Shown one piece after another: positions 14,411-27,479 of a stretch of 64,000 nt of DNA; the first letter of the stretch is position 1, and the number at the start of each line of letters is the position of its first letter. The DNA is from the human T2T-CHM13v2.0 reference genome, Homo sapiens, in assembly GCF_009914755.1 (NCBI RefSeq), contig NC_060926.1. One strand, written 5' to 3'. The notes below the pieces were generated by a model, which did not search any database, had not been told where the DNA came from, and saw only the letters and a program-made list of their open reading frames with translations. The position numbers and the translations under genes were made by a program.

Positions 14411-15049
14411 TCGTTTCTGCCTCTGTTCTTTTATTGTGATCTACTTAAAGTCATATGTGTCCTAGGGGTACATGAGAGCTCTGAGACAGCTGATAAAAAA
14501 ATGACAAAGAATTATTTCACCTGTATGTTGATTTAGCTGAGAGCAAAATCACAATTAAAAATTTCATCTGAACTCTTCTTGGAATTATTTGGTTTCTGTA
14601 TATTCTAGAATTAATTTGGTGTTAGTTTCTTATTAAAACAACATTCAATTGTCACATGACAAAGGTGTCAACATTTGATAAAGATTTGAATTTATAATTT
14701 CTTTTCAGTTGTTATGAATACAGTTCCCAAAGACACTCAATATACGCTTAAGACAGAAACAATAAACTGTATAACATTGAAATAAAACTTATTTATAATT
14801 TGTTAATTTGGAGGATCTCTGAAAACTTATTACATACTCACAATATCAAAAATATCATTTTGTACTGAGGACAAGAAAAATATGAGGGGGCATTCAGCAT
14901 TGCTCTTTCATAGCTGTTTTCTTCGGCACTTAGAAATGGGCCTAGATGTAAATATATCAGGGATACCCATTCATAAAATAGAATATTTAAATAATTTAAT
15001 TCAGAATCACACAGGGATTGCTAAATGTTAGCCTTAAAACATTGACTGC

Positions 15050-15408
15050 CGTATTAGTCTGTTTTCACACTGCTATAAAGATGCTACCCGAGACTGAGTA
15101 ATTTATAAACAAAAGAGGTTTAGTTGACTCATGTTTCCACATGGCTGAGGAGACCTCAGGAAACACATTCATGGCAAAAGGCAAAGGGGAAGCAGCACCT
15201 TCTTCACAAGGTGGCAGGCGAGAAAGATCACAGGGTAAACTGCTGATTTTAAACCATCGGATCTGGTGAAAACTCCCTCACTATCATGAGAACAGCATGG
15301 GGAAAACCATCTTCATGATCCAATCACTCCTACCAGGTAACCCCTCAAGAAGTGGGGATTACAATTTGATATGACATTTGGATGGGGACACACAGCCAAA
15401 CTATATCA
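15050..15408 (-). mobile_element. MSTA-like MaLR solo LTR
   Basis: GTATTAGTCTGTTTTCACACTGCTATAAAGA… to …GGGGACACACAGCCAAACTATATCA, the reverse complement of the TGATATGGTTTGG…TAATACA LTR. Confidence 0.9.
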
Positions 15409-17867
15409 ACAACAAAGAAAAATATTTAGGATCTTAAGACAAAACGTTGAAATAAGATGCTCTCTGAAGTAAAAGAAATAGTCAACATCTTTTGTATGAA
15501 AGGATATTGTATGAAAGTAAAAAGAAAAACCAGAAAGTTCAATGTTAAACCATAATGGAAAGGCAAAATAATGTTTAAAATTTGTTCTAAGGAAAAACAA
15601 ATATATATATGCATACAGTATAGAAGTTTATATTATTTTAGTGAGGCTATATTTACTCTGATCTTTGTATTTATAAATAGATTTATCAAAACCATGTATT
15701 CAAAAACAGAAATTTGAGTATCTTTAAATACAGTCAGCTCAGTTTTCAAGTTATATTGTCAAGAATTTTCACATAGATTTCCACAAATTTTCAGTTACAG
15801 AAGAATTATTTATTTATGAATCAAAACATACCAGTATGTTTTACTTATTACTTACCTTTCTGCTACATAAATGCCATAATTTCAGTAAAATGGCAATAGA
15901 GCTAGTTAATAGTGGCAATTAGAATTAAAGAAATTAATTAGGCAATCAAGTCTACTTAGACAAGTAAGAACATATATGTGAAAAACTATAACAATATGTT
16001 TACAATTTACAATTTTCTTTCTGTCTTCTTATTTAGCGATTCATTTTAACTCTTTTAAAACTTGCATTGGATATATAAATTGTATAGTTACATTTTTACA
16101 CATTCTTTTTAATTTTTAGAAACAAATATGTTTTGTGATGGTTCTACTTGTTTTTAGTAATCTTCATTGCACTCTTATTAGACAAATTTCTACATTAAAA
16201 TTATATACAATTGCCAAAATGTATATCACATTGGACAAATTTTGTTTTCCTTAACTAATTAATTCTCTTTTTCAAACTCTATTTTAGGTTCAAGGGGTAC
16301 ATGTGCAAGTTTGTTACGTGGGTAAATTGCGTGTCACTGGGGTTTGTTATACAAATGATTTCATCATCCAGGTAGTGAGCACAGTACCTGATAGGTAGTT
16401 TTGTGACCTTTATGCTCCACCTACCCTCCACCTTCAAATAGGCCCCAGTGTCTATAGTTCCCCTCTTTGTGTCCACACGTACTCAGTGTTTAGCTCCCAC
16501 TTATAAGCGAAAACATGTGGTATTTGGATTTCTGTTCTCATGTTAATTCACTTAGGATAATGGCCTCCAGCTTATTCAATTTGCTGCAAAGAACATGGTC
16601 TCATTTAATTTTTATGGCTGCATAGTATTCTATGGTGCATACATACCATATTTTCTTTATTCAGTCCACCACTGTTGAGTGTTAAGGTTGATTTCATGTC
16701 TTTGCTATTGTGCATAGTGCTGTAATGAATTTATGAGTGCATATGTCTTTCAGTAGAAATATGCTAAATTCCTTTGGATGTATATTCATAGTGGGATTGC
16801 TGAATCAAATGATAGTTTTGTTTTAAGTTCTATGAGAAATCAAACTGCTTTCCACAGTGACTAAGACTAATTTATATCCCCACCAGCAGTGTATAGGCAT
16901 CCCTTTTCTCTGCAACCTTATGAGAATTTGTTATTTTTTGACGTTTTAATGATAGTCAGTCTGATTGGCGTAAGATGGTATCTCATTGTGGTTTTCATTT
17001 ACACATCTCTCATGATTAGTGATGTGAAGTATTTTTTTCATATGCTTGTTCACCACATGTATGTTTTATTTTGAGAAATACCTGTTCATGTCCTTTGCCC
17101 ATTTTTTAATGGCTTGATTTTTGCTCATAAATTTGTTTAAGTTTCTTACAGATCCTGAATATTAGACCTTTGTCAGATGCACAGTTTGCAAGTAGTTCCT
17201 CCCATTCACTAGGTTATTTGTTTATTCTGTTGATAGTTTCTTTTGCTGTGCAGAAGCTCTTTAGTTTAATTAGATCCAGCATTTTTGTTTTAGTTTCAAT
17301 TGCTTTAGGAGAATCTGTCCGGCACTCTTTGCCAAGGCCTATATCCAGAATGTGTCCAAGGTTTTCCTCTACAGTTTTTATAGTTTTACGTTTTACATTC
17401 AAATCTTTATTCTATCTTGAGTTGATCACTGTATATAATATAAGGAAGTGATTCAGTTTCAATCTGCATATGGCTAACTAGTTATCCTAGCACCATTTAT
17501 TGAATAGGGAGTCCTTTTCCCATTGCTTGTTTTTGTTGACTTTATTGAAGATCAGATGGTTGTAGATATGCAGCTTTATTTCTGGGTTCTCTAACCTATT
17601 CCATTTGTCTATGTGTCTATTTTTTTTTTACCAGTACCATGCTATTTTGATTACTTGTAATATAGTTTCAAGTTGGATAGTGTGATGCTTCCAGCCTTTT
17701 TTTTCTTAGGATTGCTTTGGCTATTCAGATCTTTTGTTCTATGTGAATTTTAGAATAGTTTTCTCTAGTTCTGTGAAAAATAATGTTGGTAATTTGATAG
17801 GGCTAGCAATGAATCTATAAATTGTTTTAAACAGTCTGGCCATTTTAACAATATTGATTCTTCCTAT

Positions 17868-18369
17868 TGTGAACCCCAAATTACTGAGAAAGGTCTCAGT
17901 CAATTTAGAAAGTTTATTTTTGCCGAGGTTAAGGATGCACACCCATGACACAGCCTCAGGAGGTCCTGACATGTGTGCAAGGTGGTCAGGGCAGAGCTTG
18001 GTTTCATGCATTTTAGGGAGACATGAGACATCAATCAATAGATGTAAGATGTACATTGGTTCGCTCCAGAAAAGCAGGACAACTCAAAGTGGGGAGGGGA
18101 CTTCCAGGTCATTTGTAGATAAACACCTACAGTTATATTGCTTAACTTTCTCCCTAGCCTTTCCAAAGGAAGCAATCAGATATGCATTTATCTCAGTGAA
18201 AAGAGGAATAACTTTGAGCTCTGCCTGTGCTTTGTCTGCAAGGAATTTCCTTGTGGATAAATTGTGAGGGAGGTATGTAACTTTTTTATGTTAGCAACTA
18301 TCTTGTTCAGGAATAGAACGAGAGGCAGGCTTAGTGATTTTGGATCCTGAGATTCATTTTCCTTTCACA
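17868..18369 (-). mobile_element. MER4A-like ERV1 solo LTR inserted in L1
   Basis: TG…CA termini (the reverse complement starts TGTGAAAGGAAAATGAATC), internal CCCATGACACAGCCTCAGGAGGTCCTGAC, flanks CTAT/CTTT, and L1 resumes on both sides. Confidence 0.85.
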
Positions 18370-19011
18370 CTTTCAGTGAGCATGAAATCGTTTTCCATTT
18401 GTTTGTGTTGCCTCTGATTTCTCTCAACAGTGTCTTGTAACTCTCATTTTAGAGATTTTTCACCTGCCTCGTTAGCTCTATTCCTAGTTATCTTATTATT
18501 TGTGTGGCTATTGTGAATGGGGTGGTATTATTGGTTTGGCTCTCAGCTTGGTACTTGTTGGTGTATAGAAATGCTACTAACTTTTGTACATTGATTTTGT
18601 ACCCTTACATTTTACTAAAGTTGTTTATCAACTCTAATAACCTTAGGACAGAGACTATGGGGTTTTCTAGATACAGAATTACATCATCTGTAAAGAGAGA
18701 TAATTTCATCTTCTCTCTTCCCATTTGGATGCCTTTTATTTCTTTCTCTTCCCTGGTTGCTCTGGCTAGGACTTCCGGTACTGTGTTAAATAGCAGTCGT
18801 AGAGTGGGCATCCTTGTCTTGTTCCAGTTCTCAGTTCCAGTTCTCATGCCTCCTGGTTTTGCCTGTTTAGTATGATGTTGACTGTGCATTTATCACAGAT
18901 GGCTTTTATTATTTTGAGGTATGTTCCTTCAATACTTAGTTTGTTGAGGGCTTTTTTGAACATGAAGCAATGTTCAATTTCATTGAAAGCCTTTTCTACA
19001 TCTATTGAGAT

Positions 19012-19784
19012 TGATATGGACAGGAGACAGGGAAATACCGGGTAGAAGAGGGCAGTTCCCCGGCAAAGACCCCACCCTCAAGACTGGAAGCCCATGGCCC
19101 TAAATGGGAACAGGCATTCTTGCTTTCGCGCTCAAATGTTGCCTTTTGGCCCACCACGTTTCCCTATCCTGTACCCATATAAACCCCAAACCCCAAGCTT
19201 TACGAGCAGACGAGCAAATGAGTGGATGAACAGAAGAGCAGAGGAGCAGAAGAGCAGTGCTGCAGAGGAGAGAAAAGAAGGAGCATTTGAACGTTGAGAG
19301 GAGTTCAGCTGGAGACGGTCTGAGAGGAGATCCGTTGCAGGATGGCCAAACTCCAGGGGAATACCATCTTCCCACTCCAACCTCTTTCTGGCTCCCCATC
19401 CATCCCACTGAGAGCCACCTTCACCACTCAATAAAACCTCTTCATTCACCATCCTTCAAGTCCGTGTGTGACCTGCTTCTTCCTGGATGCTGGAAAAGGA
19501 CCCGCATACCAAGAGGGCACTGAGCTGGTTAACACTTAAGCCGTTGTGGACAGCAAACCTAAAGGAGCACTGTAACACACCCTATGGCTTCAGGAGTCAC
19601 AGGAACCCACCCCGTAGATACCACCATTGGGGCCAGAGCCCAAAAATGCTTGACCCAGCTACTGCACCTGACTGCATGCTCCCCGCTCCTGTAAGGTGTT
19701 TGAGCACGCATGCAGTTGCTGAACAGGTGAGCCACACCCCTGTCACACATCCTGCGAAGGGGGTCAGGGAACTCTCCTATTTCA
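19012..19784 (+). mobile_element. MER50-like ERV1 solo LTR inserted in L1
   Basis: TGATATGGACAGGAGACAGGGAAATACCGGGTAGAAGAGGG…GGGGTCAGGGAACTCTCCTATTTCA, internal AATAAA, exact 4-bp TSD AGAT. Confidence 0.88.
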
Positions 19785-22042
19785 AGATGATCATGTGGTT
19801 TATGTTTTTACTTCTATTTGTGTGATGTATCACATTTATTGATTTGTGTATGTGGTATCAACCTTGCTTCCCAGGGATAAAGCCTACTTCATCATGGTGG
19901 ATTAGCTTTTTGATGTGCTGCTGGATTTGATTTGCTGGTATTTTGTTGAGGAATTTTGCATCTATATTCATTGGGGATATTGGCCTGAAATTTTCTTTTT
20001 TCATTTTGTCTGTCAGATTTTGGTATCAGAATGATGCTGGCCTCATAGTTAGGAATCCCTCCTCCTTGATTTTTGGAGAAGTTTAAGTAGAATTGGTACC
20101 AGCTCTTCTTTATATGTCTGGTAGAATGTGGCTGTGAATCTCTGTGGTCCAGGGCTTTTTCCAGTTGGTAGAGTTTTTATTACTGATTCAATTTTGGAAC
20201 TTGTTATTGTTCTGTTCAGGATTTCAGTTTCTTCCTGGTTCAATCTTGGGAGGTTGCACGTTTCCAGGAATTTACCCATTTCTTCTATGTTCGCTTATAT
20301 TTAATATACTTAAGAGTGGTGGCAGGCATAGTTTCATTTCTATGTTTAGCACTCCTTTAAGGACCTCTTGTAAGGCAGGTCCAGTGGTAACAAATTCCCT
20401 TAGCATTTGCTTTCCTGAAAAGGACTTTATTTCTCTCTCAATTATGAAAATTTAATATTTAGTTTGGCTAAATATGAAATTATCAGTTGCTATTTCTATT
20501 TTTTAAGGATACTGAATATAGGCCCAGTCTCTTCTGGCTTGCAAAGTTTCTGCTAAAAGGCCACTATTAGCCTGGTGGGATAGCCTTTGTACACGACTTG
20601 CCCCTTATCTCTAGCTGGCTTTAAGTTTTTTCCTTCTCATTGACTATAGAATCTGATGACTATGTGTCTTGGGGATGATGATCCCCAAGATGATGATCTT
20701 GTATAGATCTTGCAGGGATTCTCTGAATTTCCTGAATTTGCATGACAAACTCTCTAGCAAGGTTGGGGAAATTTTCATGGACAATAACCTCAAATATGTT
20801 TTCCAGGTTGCTTGCTCTCTCTCTCAATCTCTTTCAGGAATGCCAGTGAGTTGTAGGTTTTGTGCATTTACATAATCCCATATTTCTCAGAATTTTTATT
20901 CATCTTTTAAAATTTATTTGTCTTAATTTTTGTCTGACTGTGTCAATTAAAATGAACAGTCTTTGAGCTCTGAGATACTTTCCTCAGCTTGCTGTATTGT
21001 TATTAATGCTTCCAGTTGTATTCTGAAATTCCTGTAGTGAAATTTTTATTTTCAGAAGTTAAATTTGGTTCTTTCTTTCTTGAAATGTCTATGTTGTCTT
21101 TCAACAGTTGGATGGTTTTATTGTTTTCCTTTGATTGAGTTCCAACCTTCTTCTGTATCTTGATGAGCTTCCTTATCTTCCAGATAACCAGACTTTGGTC
21201 CAGTTAAGAAACATTGCTGGGAGCCAGTACAGTCACCTGGATGCAAGAAGACACTCTGACTTTTAGAGTTGCCAGGGCTCTTACACTGGTTCTTTCTCAT
21301 CTGTGTAGGCTGATGTTACTTTAATCTTTGAAGTTGTTGTCTTTCGGATGTGGCCTTTTTTTTTTCTTGTATATTCTTTAATGCCTTTGAGGGTTTGACT
21401 GTAGTATAAGCTGGGTTTGGTCCATTGGTTTTGTTTCTGGATACATTCAGGGGACCAGAATCTCAGCTTAGCACTCCTAGGCTATATGCTCTAACCCTGG
21501 GGGCTGGAACCAGGTCCATGGCTTTGATCTCTGGCTTGTCAAAGTTAACCTAGCAACACTCCAACAGGGGCTACTGACGAAAGCTCCTCAGCAGGGCAGT
21601 GGTGAGTCGCCATTTCCCTACTCATGTGTGCACCAGCAAGGTGGTAGTGGTCCTCACACACATGCATGTCAACAATGAGTCCCCATGTACATGTGTGCTG
21701 GAGGAGCAGTGCGACTCTCCATTCATGTATGCATGTGTGTGCCAGCAGGGCAGCAAGGGGTCTATGCACATATGCATGCTAATAAGGTGGCAGGATGAGG
21801 CTGTGGATGAGTGTGTACCAGTGGGGAAAGGCTGTAAGTGGGTGCATACTGGTTGGGGTCTCCAAAAATATGTGCAAAAGTGCTCGAATCGGTAGGTAGG
21901 TTCTCCTGGCAAAGAAGCTATAGTGGTGGCCACTGGAAAGCACTTTGGCTGGGATGCTGGGGTAGTGCTGTAAGTGGATGAGGCCAGGCAGGGACACTGG
22001 GAGAGACCAGCAGACAGAGGGTTGCTCAGATCAGACTGGCCC

Positions 22043-22404
22043 TATATTAGTCTGTTCTTATGCTGCTAATAAAGACATATCCAAGACTGAGTAATTTATA
22101 AAAGGAAAGTTTAATGGACTCAGAGATCTGCATGGCTAGGGAGGACTCACAATCATGGCAGAAGGTGAAGGAGGAGCAAAGGCACATTTTACGTGGTGGC
22201 AGGCAAGAGAGCATGTGCAGAGGAACTCTGCTTTATAAAACCATCAGATTTCATGACACTTATTCACTATCACAAGAACAGCATGGGAAAGACCCATCTA
22301 CATAATTCAATTATGTTCCACTGGATCCCTTTTAGAACATGTGGGGATTATGGGAACTATAATTCAAGACAAGATTTGGGTGGCAACACAGCCAAGTAAT
22401 ATCA
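22043..22404 (-). mobile_element. THE1C-like MaLR solo LTR inserted in the L1 5' UTR
   Basis: TATTAGTCTGTTCTTATGCTGCTAATAAAGACATA…GCAACACAGCCAAGTAATATCA; 5-bp TSD GGCCC/GACCC. Confidence 0.9.
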
Positions 22405-23065
22405 GACCCCATCCCACAGGAAGCATAGCCTTGCTCTGTCCAATGCCAGCAGCTAATAAAGTCTAAAGCTGCCTAATGGAGTATGGAGAACTTTGTGGGA
22501 TGGGCACCCATGGCCATGCTCCACTGCAGCTGTTCCTGTGTCAAATATTCTGGGCTTGATTAATGCAGGAGTTTTGTCTCTACCAACTCTCCAGGCAGTT
22601 TTCTCTGCCAGCTCAGATGTCCTTGGGGGTCCTGGGGTCTCCTTCAGCTAGAATCCCAGAGATCAATGGTGAGAGTGGACCACTCCAGGCCTATTTCACT
22701 CAGCCCTTCCCTAGGAGCAGCTGGGGGCCAGGAACAAGTCCTGATGCTTGGCAACCTCTTGTAGGGTTCCCAGCTCTCTTCTCTTTCAGCCTTGAGTCTG
22801 TATCCACCCTCTGTCCACTCTCAATGTCTTTTTACCGAAGATATATTTGGAGTATCCTCCTCTACTTGATGATCTGGTCTCTCTCAATGGGAAAAGCTCT
22901 TTATGGCTGTGTCTACTCAGCCATCTTAGCTCTGACTGATTATGTACTCTTAAGAGCCTTTAATTAGGACATTTTAAAAGAAGAAAATGCAGATTAAATA
23001 AACAGACATTACCTATTTTTAATAAAAATAACATTGACATGTTTTTTTCTGTCCTGTGAGCCAGT

Positions 23066-24965
23066 AGAATATTTTTGTGTTCCTTTTCCAGTGCCATTTA
23101 TCTCAGCTGCCTGCAGCATAGATGACTAGCTCTGTTCTTTCATGTAGTAGTAAAACTGAATACAACCAAACAGAAAGTTCTCTTTGACTAGCACTATGTT
23201 CTTATCAAGCTCAATTACACTGACTCCTTGTGTCAGACAAATGTGATGACATCAACAAAGTAACCTCGCAAGAAAAGTGTTTGAACATGGATTATTTAAG
23301 ATTTTACTTAATAGCAAAAGCAGAATTCACATGCATAGGGATTTGTTTCCAGCTGTCCTAAAATGTCCTCCTCCTTTATACCTACAGGCTTGTTCATGTA
23401 ATCCAGCTATGAATCAATCAGGTCCTTTGCATGTATTTATTTGTCATATAGTCTCCTGTTTCAAATGTCGATAATTTAAACATTTCAAAGCACATTGAAT
23501 GTTTTCATAAGGTAACCTGTTTCTCAGGGAATCATTTTAAGGCACAGAGGTAATTTGAATTTGTTAAATCAAAATTGGGTTCTAAATAAGTTGCAGTTTT
23601 AGTAATGAAATTTGAAAAGCTATGTTTAACTCATTGCCTTTTTCTGGTAACATCTTTTTGCATTCTGAAGGAGTCTTATTTCTAAAAATGAGTCATATTC
23701 TCTATATGAGTTTTTGTTGCAACCTACATGTAACCTTACAAAACTCAGGTGTAGTCAGTTCATCTTTTTCTAGTTGCCTTATGGTCTTGTCAAAGATTAT
23801 CAAACATTTTTAGGAAACAGCATATACATTTCTGCTTTACTGTAATCCTTTTATCTATTTTTACTCTCATATGTCTCCAAATTAGAGAAGGATTTTTTTC
23901 TTGTTCCACAGTTGGAAATTATAATTTTATGGAAGGCCACCATTTTAATATCTTTTCCATGTCAAGCAACAATGATAGCCATCTTTTAGGCACATGCCTA
24001 ATGAAGCTATTTCCTTCTATACCTATACAATCAAAAATATAATTATGTGCTTCTTCATATTTGAGGACACTAAAAATGACCAAAAACTTTCATTATGAAA
24101 GCCCTAATATGGCACGCAAGCAGATCACACACCTTTTAATCTACATGTTGTAGAAGGTAACGAGGACATTTAGCTGGCAAGATCTTTTTACTTTCTTTGA
24201 TAAGGAGTTTACTGACTGAATGGAATTTGCCAACATTTTTATTTTCATCGTCTACTGAATATGTGGATATAGGAGCAAGTCTTTTCCAAAGTTTCATTAA
24301 AATATTCATACAAATTAAGAACACTATTTGAAACTTAATTTTTCAAATTAAAGTGTCTATGTACTAAAAGAAACATTTTGTTACTACTGTGATTCCATGC
24401 ACCTCCCTTGACCCACTGTAGAAAACATAATCTTTGCTAAGATCTGACAGAATCAGATCTACCCCATAAGAGGCCAATGCATCTGTTATCAAAATCCCCT
24501 ATTTTTTCCCCAACAGGACATTTTAGATGCAACTTCTGAATCAGGCCAAGTAATTAACACAGTTTCATACAACCATCAAGGGAATAATATGATAATGCAT
24601 GTTCATTACTGGGATATGCCTAAGGTAATTCAGTGGCCACTGTTTTCAACTGACCATTGGTATTTTGGGGGAAATAAAAATAAAAACTTTTGAATGATTT
24701 AGCAGTACTTACCTGTCTTATGCTAACCTTATGTTTCCCCATCCCCTACTCCACCATTCCCAATCCCAAATTATTTTTTGCATAATCTGCAAAATAATTT
24801 GTTTTGGTTATTTATTTCCTTAATGCAGCTGTATGTGTTTTTCCATTTGCCATTAATGTAACAAAGTTATTAAGCCTTCTTTTAGGGGGATATATGGGTA
24901 ATACTGGTGTTGGTATTGTAATTGCTTTTATTTTCATTATCTAGGTTCTTGGAAAATATGGTCAT
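23066..24965 (-). pseudogene. Decayed hAT transposase (many stops and frameshifts)
   Basis: Manual minus-strand translation gives, in order: MTIFSKN…, BED-finger-like KWKNTYS…LFCRLCKK*FGIGNGG, WPDSEVASKMSC, LILSDLSKDYVFYS, ISTYSVDDENKNVGKFHSV…KILPAKCP (position of the CxxH motif), CDLLACHIRAFIMKVFGHF, RHVPKRWLSLL (hAT RW motif), and a C-terminal NPCSNTFLAR…SDTRSQCN dimerisation-like region. Confidence 0.85.
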
Positions 24966-25005
24966 AAAATTTACAATGTTAAAATTAAACTGTCTTGAGG
25001 GACAA

Positions 25006-25408
25006 TGTACAAATAGAAAAGGGTCAGACCATATAAGACAATAGAATTTTAATCCAAAAGCTCCGCAGGAATCAGCCCAGAATGGTCAAGACTTAGTCAT
25101 TCACTGCCAACTTTCCTAATTTTTGCCCTGACTTCCACCTCAGCACCAATCAGAGAGAGCCAAATATACTTCCCAAACCAATTATATACTATGCCCAACT
25201 GCTAGTTAATTTACTTCCAGCTTCTTTGTGCCAATAACCTCTTATCAAGGTATAACTGAAGTCTCCCCTTTTATCCACTATAAAGCTCCCTTGTCTGCCT
25301 TTGAGTCTACCAAATGCAAGTGATGGTGGCTGACTCCCTTGCTTTATCAAGCTCTGATTAAATGGCCTCTGTTTGTTCTTATTTGGATTGTCTTTGTTTT
25401 TTTTCACA
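25006..25408 (+). mobile_element. MER31-like ERV1 solo LTR
   Basis: TG…CA ends; AAATGCAAGTGATGGTGGCTGACTCCCTTGCT…CAAGCTCTGATTAAATGGCC…TTCACA matches recalled MER31 3' part. Confidence 0.75.
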
Positions 25409-25989
25409 AGCAGTATCTCAATACAAAGCACAACAGTTAATCCACGGGCAAAGCCAAAGACAGATTGTTAATGTTCGTGATTACAGTGCACTAAGGTTTC
25501 ACACAAATTGTGTCACTTGGAGTGATCCAACCAAGCATGAACCATTTTGGAGAACTGCCACTCATAGCTGCAAACATTAGTGATCAGAGGTAAAAACGGC
25601 AACAACTATGAAAGACAGATAATCTATACTGGTATTCATTTGACACTAAAAATGGCTTTCTTTCAGTTACTATTTTTGGGGCTGCCTTTTCAGTATGGCA
25701 CTTCCCTGCAAACTTCCTTACCTAAAAACTGAGATTTTTGCTTCCTGAAGAGGTGTTTCCCCAGAATGTGAGATTTTTAATACTAAAAATAGGACAATCA
25801 AGCCTGAAAAGTGGTCATTCTATTTTTTGTTGTTGTTGTTTACCATATTATCATTCAACATGGAATACAAGCTAGAAAAATCTGCCAGACTTCCTAGATT
25901 CCTGTTTCTCTCATCCTTCATTCATATCCAACCAGTCCCCAGAAGTGGGCTCTATTTCCTAGAGACATGTTCACCATAAGCTAACATAG

Positions 25990-26460
25990 TATAAACCGGA
26001 AGCCCCTTCTGTGCATGGATCTCCTTCCCAAGCTCTGAGAGAGTCCCTGCCAATGTGTTCACATGTATATATGTTTTTCTAAAACTTTCAAAAGTTAGAA
26101 TCACCATCAGTTAAGATGACTGTCTCCACAGTGATTGCTGCTCCATCACACTTCCCTTCGTGTTGGGTAATGTAAGGGTGACCACAAAGCATGTTTGGAA
26201 TCCAACTAAGGGGCAACTGAGTTGGAAATACTTCATTTTTGGTTTATTGGAATATGTTGTGGTTTTCAGACACTTCTAGGAATGGTTTCATAATTGCTAG
26301 CATCCCTGCTGTAGGAATGGCTTCCAGAAGTACTCCTACCACTCATTGTGCTGACCCACCCAGCAACACAGGAGGAAGGAGAATGGCCAAAAATTTACTG
26401 CTGTATGAAGGTGTCCTCTCCCATCTGTCACTGGAACTATGAGAATAAAGGAGAAATATT
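25990..26460. mobile_element. MER115/Zaphod-like hAT-Tip100 fragment
   Basis: CAATGTGTTCACATG…TCACACTTCCC…CTAAGGGGCAACTGAGTTGG…TGTAGGAATGGCTTCCAGAAGTACTCCTAC segments match the recalled consensus. Confidence 0.7.
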
Positions 26461-27048
26461 GTTTAAAATGTGCAGAACCAGTAGCTAATATGTGGAAAAA
26501 TCTTCCAATCATTAAATATATATATACACATTATAAAAAGAATATTTGGTTTTCATAAGTGCCTAATCAAAATGAAAGTATTTCTGGTTAGAAATATGAT
26601 TTATAATGCAGGATGCATAATTATAAACCTGCCATGCTCTTTTTCTTCCTTCTTTTGATGAAAAGTGCTTAAAGTTAAATTTATCAGAAATTCTGTGTTG
26701 GCAGGGAGCAACCAGTAGCAGTACTATAAGTAACAGATACAACTTGGTGTAAAACCATATTTTTTGCATCCAAACTATCAGTAAATTTTTTAACCAATTG
26801 TAGCAGAAAAAGTCTTGATTTCTTTCTGACCTCTCTATGGAAAATAGTATTATAAAATCATTTTCATATGAAGATATTAAAAAGTATATGTCCAAAACAT
26901 TTTTATATGGATAATATATGGAGATTTGTCAAGAAGGTAATTCAATTACCTATTAACTATTATTGTATTATTATAGTTATTAATCTATAGCTATTCTGTT
27001 ATTTTTCTGGATTATCTGAAGTTTGTAGTATTTTTTAGCCCCCCCCCC

Positions 27049-27347
<299 letters not shown>

Positions 27348-27479
27348 CTGTTAGCCTTCTAAAGTTGGTAATGTTTTATTATTTACTTCCTCATTATAAA
27401 CAAATACTTGCTTTCATACTTAATTTTGTATTTGTAATTTTGAGCACTTTTTCTTAGAGAGAGTCTCACAGAAGTGGAT

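Larger units (their letters stand above)
16270..22935 (-). mobile_element. L1PA15/16-like LINE-1, 5' end to 3' end, internally deleted, with three LTR insertions
   Basis: 3' UTR at 16270 (TTTTAGGTTCAAGGGGTACATGTGCAAG…). ORF2 peptides in the ORF track ([51 protein letters not shown]). ORF1 remnants at about 20300-21300, GC-rich 5' UTR, start motif AAGATGGCTGAGTAGAC at about 22930. ORF2 jumps to ORF1 near 20290. Confidence 0.93.
22950..25821 (-). mobile_element. Near full-length hAT DNA transposon, BLACKJACK-like
   Basis: Contains the decayed transposase (next feature). MER94-like terminal sequence at about 25746-25821 (TTTCCCCAGAATGTGAGATTTTTAATACTAAAAATAGGACA…GGTCATTCTA). Interrupted by an LTR at 25006-25408. 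Ends approximate. Confidence 0.75.

Noticed and set aside
19094-19825. Dense cluster of ORFs on both strands
   Set aside because: Falls within the GC-rich MER50 LTR; stop-poor by composition.
21545-21997. His/Cys/Met-rich ORFs and CATGTG-type repeats (also 49846-50500)
   Set aside because: Degenerate repeat arrays of the L1 5' UTR.
24700-24720. Perfect minus-strand donor CAG|GTAAGT
   Set aside because: Lies inside the transposase fossil reading frame (…RQVSTAKS…), with no matching acceptor.
27039-27048. C10 run beside the Alu poly(T)
   Set aside because: Most simply a slippage expansion at the TSD/tail junction.
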